Assembly: GCF_006345805.1 (NCBI RefSeq)
Contig: NW_021827017.1
Coordinates: 1-11,363 of the forward strand
Direction: 5' to 3'
DNA from: Octopus sinensis
Taxonomy: Eukaryota
DNA: 11,363 bases
The position numbers and the translations under genes were made by a program. Below the pieces are notes generated by a model. That model was given only the letters and a program-made list of their open reading frames with translations. It searched no databases and was not told where the DNA came from. Positions 7,958 to 11,363 of this stretch are shown here, in pieces. Each line of letters begins with the position of its first letter. The stretch's first letter is position 1.

Positions 7958-8275
7958 CATATATACGACAGGCTTCTTTCAGTTTCCGTCTACCAAATCC
8001 ACTCACAAGGCATTGGTCGGCCTGGGGCTATAGCAGAAGACACTTGCCCAAGATGCCACGCAGTGGAACTGAACCCGGAACCATGTGGTTGGTTAGCAAG
8101 CTACTTACCACACAGCCATGCCTGTGCCTATTTCTGTTGAGATACACCGCCTCTGTTTCATTTAATTTTGAAAATTTCAAATTTAGTAAAATAGCTTTAT
8201 CATTATCAAGCTGGTGTTTGGAACATCAATTAACATGAAATTTTGGTGGAATGCTTTAATTTAGATCACTTTTTA
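7696..8275 (+). mobile_element. piggyBac-like MITE copy P2, interrupted by SINE A5
   Basis: TTAA|CCATTTTGTTACTGTATTT (7696-7718) resumes at 8134 as CTGTTGAGATACAC...GTGTTTGGAACATCAATTAACATGAAATTTTG, homologous to P1. Confidence 0.68.
7719..8128 (-). mobile_element. SINE family A long form, young copy A5
   Basis: Closely similar to A4; TSD TATTT at 7714-7718 and 8129-8133. Confidence 0.92.
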
Positions 8276-8347
8276 ATGGGAAATTTACTTTAAAGGACCC
8301 TGTGTGGTCTTAGACAAGTTATATCAAGAGAGTTATGGGCACAAGTA

Positions 8348-8859
8348 CTGTAAATCCTTGAGTATAATCCATGGTTTTTTCACAAAATTTAAAGGTCAAA
8401 ATCCCTACTGCGTACTATATACGAAGTTAAAAATGAAAATTAATTTCTAAGCAATGTCCGAGTCTCTATTTGCTGTCTGGTAATGTTTATTCAGATGCAT
8501 TTTGTGAAGTCGGGTGCGAAAATACCTTAAGCTAAGCCTGAAAGCAATAAAGTCCTAAAAGAATCATCCATAACTTGCAGTAAGCAACATTTATTAAACG
8601 TTATTACTGTTATTTCTTTATTTTCTGCAAACAAAATGCACAAAAAAGCTACACATTTGCATTATATTATATGTACAATAATAATAAAGGACGTTACCGT
8701 ATACATTTTTACAAACCAAGGACGTCATATAGACCTCCTTGACTCAAGTTAGAGAAGGGGTGTGTATTATACACAAGGTTTAGGGTTTTCAGAGGTACAG
8801 ACCCCTAAAAATCCCCTGTGTATTATACTCAAGAGCAGACTATACTCGAGGATTTACTG
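8348..8859. mobile_element. Tc1/mariner (pogo/Tc2-like) MITE, 512 bp
   Basis: 22-bp TIRs CTGTAAATCCTTGAGTATAATC (8348-8369) and GACTATACTCGAGGATTTACTG (8838-8859), 19/22 matching, each flanked by TA. Subterminal repeats TGTGTATTATAC(A/T)CAAG at 8761 and 8817. Confidence 0.85.
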
Positions 8860-8936
8860 TATATAAGAAATACTCAGCCATCTCACTAATGTATAGCTAC
8901 TTCTGTTGATTAAACAGCTGGGTCCTATATATGTCA

Positions 8937-9324
8937 GTGGAGGCGCAATGGCCCAGTGGTTAGGGCAGCGGACTCGCGGTCATAGGATCGCGGTTTCGAT
9001 TCCCAGACCGGGCGTTGTGAGTGTTTATTGAGCGAAAACACCTAAAGCTCCACAAGGCTCCGGCAGGGGATGGTGGTGATCCCTGCTGTACTCTTTCACC
9101 ACAACATTCTCTCACTCTTACTTCCTGTTTCTGTTGTACCTGTATTTCAAAGGGCCGGCCTTGTCACTCTCTGTGTCACGCTGAATATCCCCGAGAACTA
9201 CGTTAAGGGTACACGTGTCTGTGGAGTGCTCAGCCACTTACACGTTAATTTCACGAGCAGGCTGTTTCGTTGATTCGGATCAACCGGAACCCTCGTCGTC
9301 ATAACCGATGGAGTGCTTCCATCC
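8937..9324 (+). mobile_element. tRNA-derived SINE family D, full length with a 10-bp TSD
   Basis: A box TGGCCCAGTGG, B-box-like GTTTCGATTCCC, tRNA-Arg-like GGACTCGCGGTC, short CCATCC tail. ATATATGTCA at 8927-8936 and 9325-9334. Confidence 0.9.
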
Positions 9325-9402
9325 ATATATGTCATTTGTGATGGGAGAGTTCATTGTGTGTGTGTGTGTTTATGTTTACACTGATCTGCAAAGTGGTGTC
9401 AT

Positions 9403-9793
9403 CTTCTTTCACTTGTTTCAGTCATTGGACTTGCAGTCCATGCTGGAGCACCACCTTGAAGAGTTATAGTTGAGCAAATTGATCCAAGGACTTCTTTCGT
9501 TGTGATGTCTGTACTTATTCTAGTGGTCTCTTTATAACTGCTAAGTTATAAGGATGTAAACAAACCAACGTTGGTTGCCAAGCAGTGACACAAAGACATA
9601 TACATACCACTACCCCTCCACACACACACACACATACACACAATGGATTTCTTTTTGTTTCTATGAACCAAATCCACCCACAAGTCTTTGGTCAGCCTAG
9701 GGTTATAGGAAAAGACACTTGACCAAGGTGCAGTGCAATAGGACTGAACTCAAAACCATGTGGTTGCGAAGTAAACTTCTTACCACTCAACCA
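9403..9793 (-). mobile_element. SINE family A long form, diverged (copy A6)
   Basis: ACTTGTTTCAGTCATTGGAC...CATGCTGGAGCACC...(CA)n...GAACTCAAAACCATGTGGTTG aligns with A4 and A5. Confidence 0.85.
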
Positions 9794-9962
9794 TTTGTCA
9801 GTCTGTCTGTTTGTCTCTACTTGTCTATATATTTCTGCCTATCTGTGTCTGTCTACATATCTATCTACCTATCTATGTCTTTTTTTTTACAATACCTTTT
9901 CATCGAAAACCTACTCCCCCCCCTTTTTTTTTCTCCCCCAAAAGAAAATCTCTACTTTGTAA

Positions 9963-10004
9963 TTTGTCCCCTCTGTGTTCAGCCCTGTGTGGCTAATAAA
10001 GAAA
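9963..10004 (+). mobile_element. 3' tail shared with SINE family B, attached to unrelated upstream sequence
   Basis: TTTGTCCCCTCTGTGTTCAGCCCTGTGTGGCTAATAAAGAAA resembles the reverse complement of the B1/B2 tail (TTTGTCCCCTCTATGTTTAGCCCCTTGTGGGTAGTAAAGAAA). Confidence 0.7.
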
Positions 10005-10115
10005 CATATCTATCTAGCTATCTATCTATCTGTCTGTCTCTGTCTGTGTATGTCTATCTGACTGTGTCCATCCATCCACCTGTCTGTCTGTGTGTCTTCT
10101 GAGCTATCTACCTAC
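10005..10115. repeat. (TCTA)/(TCTG) degenerate microsatellite
   Basis: Directly visible. Confidence 0.85.
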
Positions 10116-10212
10116 CACCGAGCTGTGGTGTGCTTGTCTTTGCATGTTGTCGCACATATTTCCAGGAGACTGTGGAATTTCACAGGGATGCTGAAGTCGG
10201 TGTTGATAGCTG
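10116..10212 (-). CDS. Candidate internal host exon (97 nt), product unknown
   Basis: Unique non-repetitive island. On the minus strand a pyrimidine-rich (CTGT)n tract ends in CAG|CAG (NAGNAG acceptor) and the donor is TG|GTAGGT. Two frames are open: AINTDFSIPVKFHSLLEICATTCKDKHTTAR and SYQHRLQHPCEIPQSPGNMCDNMQRQAHHSSV. No family was recognised. Confidence 0.42.
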
Positions 10213-10290
10213 CTGACAGACAGACAGACAGACAGACAGGCTGACAAGCAGGCAGGCAGACAGACAGACAGACAAGGAAGGAAGGAAGGG
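10213..10290. repeat. (GACA)n/(GGCA)n/(GGAA)n microsatellite
   Basis: Directly visible. Confidence 0.92.
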
Positions 10291-10384
10291 ATTAGCAGAG
10301 CTCCCTTAAAAGAGCGAACAACAAAATTCTTGAGATATTTCCAGTCCCCACTTCTCATACCCAGTTCGTATCCCCAAATGTATT

Positions 10385-10700
10385 AAGCCCGCCCCCCCCC
10401 ACCCACATCCACCCACCTCCCTCTACCCCCTCCCCCCCGTCTTCTACTGCTCCGCCTTGCCCCGCCTTGCCTTGCCCTGCCCCTGCCCCTGCCCCTGCTC
10501 CGTCTTGCTTTTGTCCAAAACCAGCCAATGCAGCGTGCAGCATGGCGCAGGAGCACATAAACTCGACCGTTCTTCTTCTTCTTGGTAAACAATCCAGCCT
10601 CGCCCCCCCACTCTGACCACTTCATTGCCCCTATCCACCCCCCTGCCCTATTCTTAACCCCCCCCCCCCGACAACCCCCCCCCCCCCACGCCCACCTCAC
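10385..10700. repeat. C-rich low-complexity tract with (CCCCTG)n/(CCTTG)n units and poly-C runs around a short unique core (~10501-10600)
   Basis: Directly visible; many G-runs on the minus strand. Confidence 0.8.
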
Positions 10701-10964
10701 TTCTCTTCTCCACATGTTTTCTCTTACATTTTGGATTGCAAATAGTTTGTGATGTTACTGTTGTTCTTCTTGTTGTTGCTGGTGGTGATGGGGGCGGTGG
10801 CAGTGGTGGGGGTGTGGTGGTGGTGGGGGGGGGGCTATTGTTGTTTGGAGCTGTTCTTACTGTTTCTGTTTCTTTTTGTTTTTCTTTTTTTTTTTTTATT
10901 TATTTATTTTTTTTTTTTTTTTATCTTGTTCTTGTTGTTTGCATCTTGTTGCTGCCAAGGAAAC
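10525..10964. promoter_or_regulatory. Possible promoter-like motifs: CCAAT (10525-10529) and X-box-like GCTGCCAAGGAAAC (10951-10964); a GC-box-like CCCGCCC lies just upstream at 10388
   Basis: Motif resemblance only, but the CCAAT and X-box-like motifs sit in the short unique islands between simple repeats. Confidence 0.15.
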
Positions 10965-11252
10965 CATGTGAGGATAGAAAAGCGAAACAAGCAATATGCC
11001 TTAGGCATTTCATGTGTGTGTGTGTGTGTGTGGTGTGTGGTGTGTGTCCTGTGGTGTCTGTGTGTGTGTGTGTGTTGTGTGTATGTGTGTGTGTGGTGTA
11101 TGTGGTGGGTGTGTGTGTCTGTGTCTGTGTGGTTGTGTGTGTGTGTGTGTGTGTTGTATGTGTGTGTTGTGTGGGTCTGTGTGTTGTGTGTGTGTGTGTG
11201 TGTGTGTATGTGTGTTGTGTGTGTGTGTGTGTCTGTTGTGTGGTATGTGTGA
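10745..11252. repeat. Low-complexity (GTT)/(GGT)/poly-T tract and a long irregular (GT)n microsatellite (~11012-11252)
   Basis: Directly visible; it explains the V/C-rich and HT-rich ORFs. Confidence 0.92.
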
Positions 11253-11363
11253 TAGGAACTAATTAAGAGAAATAGAAAGAAGCAGTTACCCACCCTTTCT
11301 CTCTCGCTCTCTCTCTTGCTTCATCTGGTTGTATTCTCGTTAGATCATACCAAAGTTGGAAAA

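Noticed and set aside
8941-9020. Possible tRNA-Arg gene
   Set aside because: It is the SINE head: extra base in the B box, poor cloverleaf, continuation into the SINE body, and a TSD around the whole unit.
10355-10715. Gly/Arg-rich ORFs resembling RGG proteins
   Set aside because: They derive from poly-C and (CCCCTG)n low-complexity sequence that may also contain consensus errors.
10736-11293. V/C-rich and H/T-rich ORFs of 82-176 aa
   Set aside because: They are (GT)n, (GGT)n and poly-T read-through.

Overview
Eukaryotic, repeat-saturated, mostly non-coding DNA with no intact gene. The SINE repertoire and compound microsatellites look like an octopus (coleoid cephalopod) genome; this is inferred from remembered repeat families, not from a search. 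About three-quarters of the window is transposon-derived. It holds two modular non-autonomous Helitrons, at least four tRNA-derived SINE families (one with a Nin/Deu-like core, one with an internal microsatellite), an RTE-type 3' end, piggyBac-like and Tc1/mariner-like MITEs, and a 1.57-kb deleted hAT element with a frameshifted transposase (DCRTRWNST). Several insertions are nested and have readable target-site duplications (TSDs). The most unusual structures are two fold-back palindromes: a 57-bp-stem hairpin inside a ~400-bp palindrome in the hAT, and a perfect 20-bp stem capping a truncated SINE. One 97-nt unique island at 10116-10212 has good minus-strand splice signals and is the only candidate host exon. 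Nearly all supplied ORFs are microsatellite or SINE read-through. I see no evidence for a new enzymatic or defence-type system; the findings concern TE architecture.
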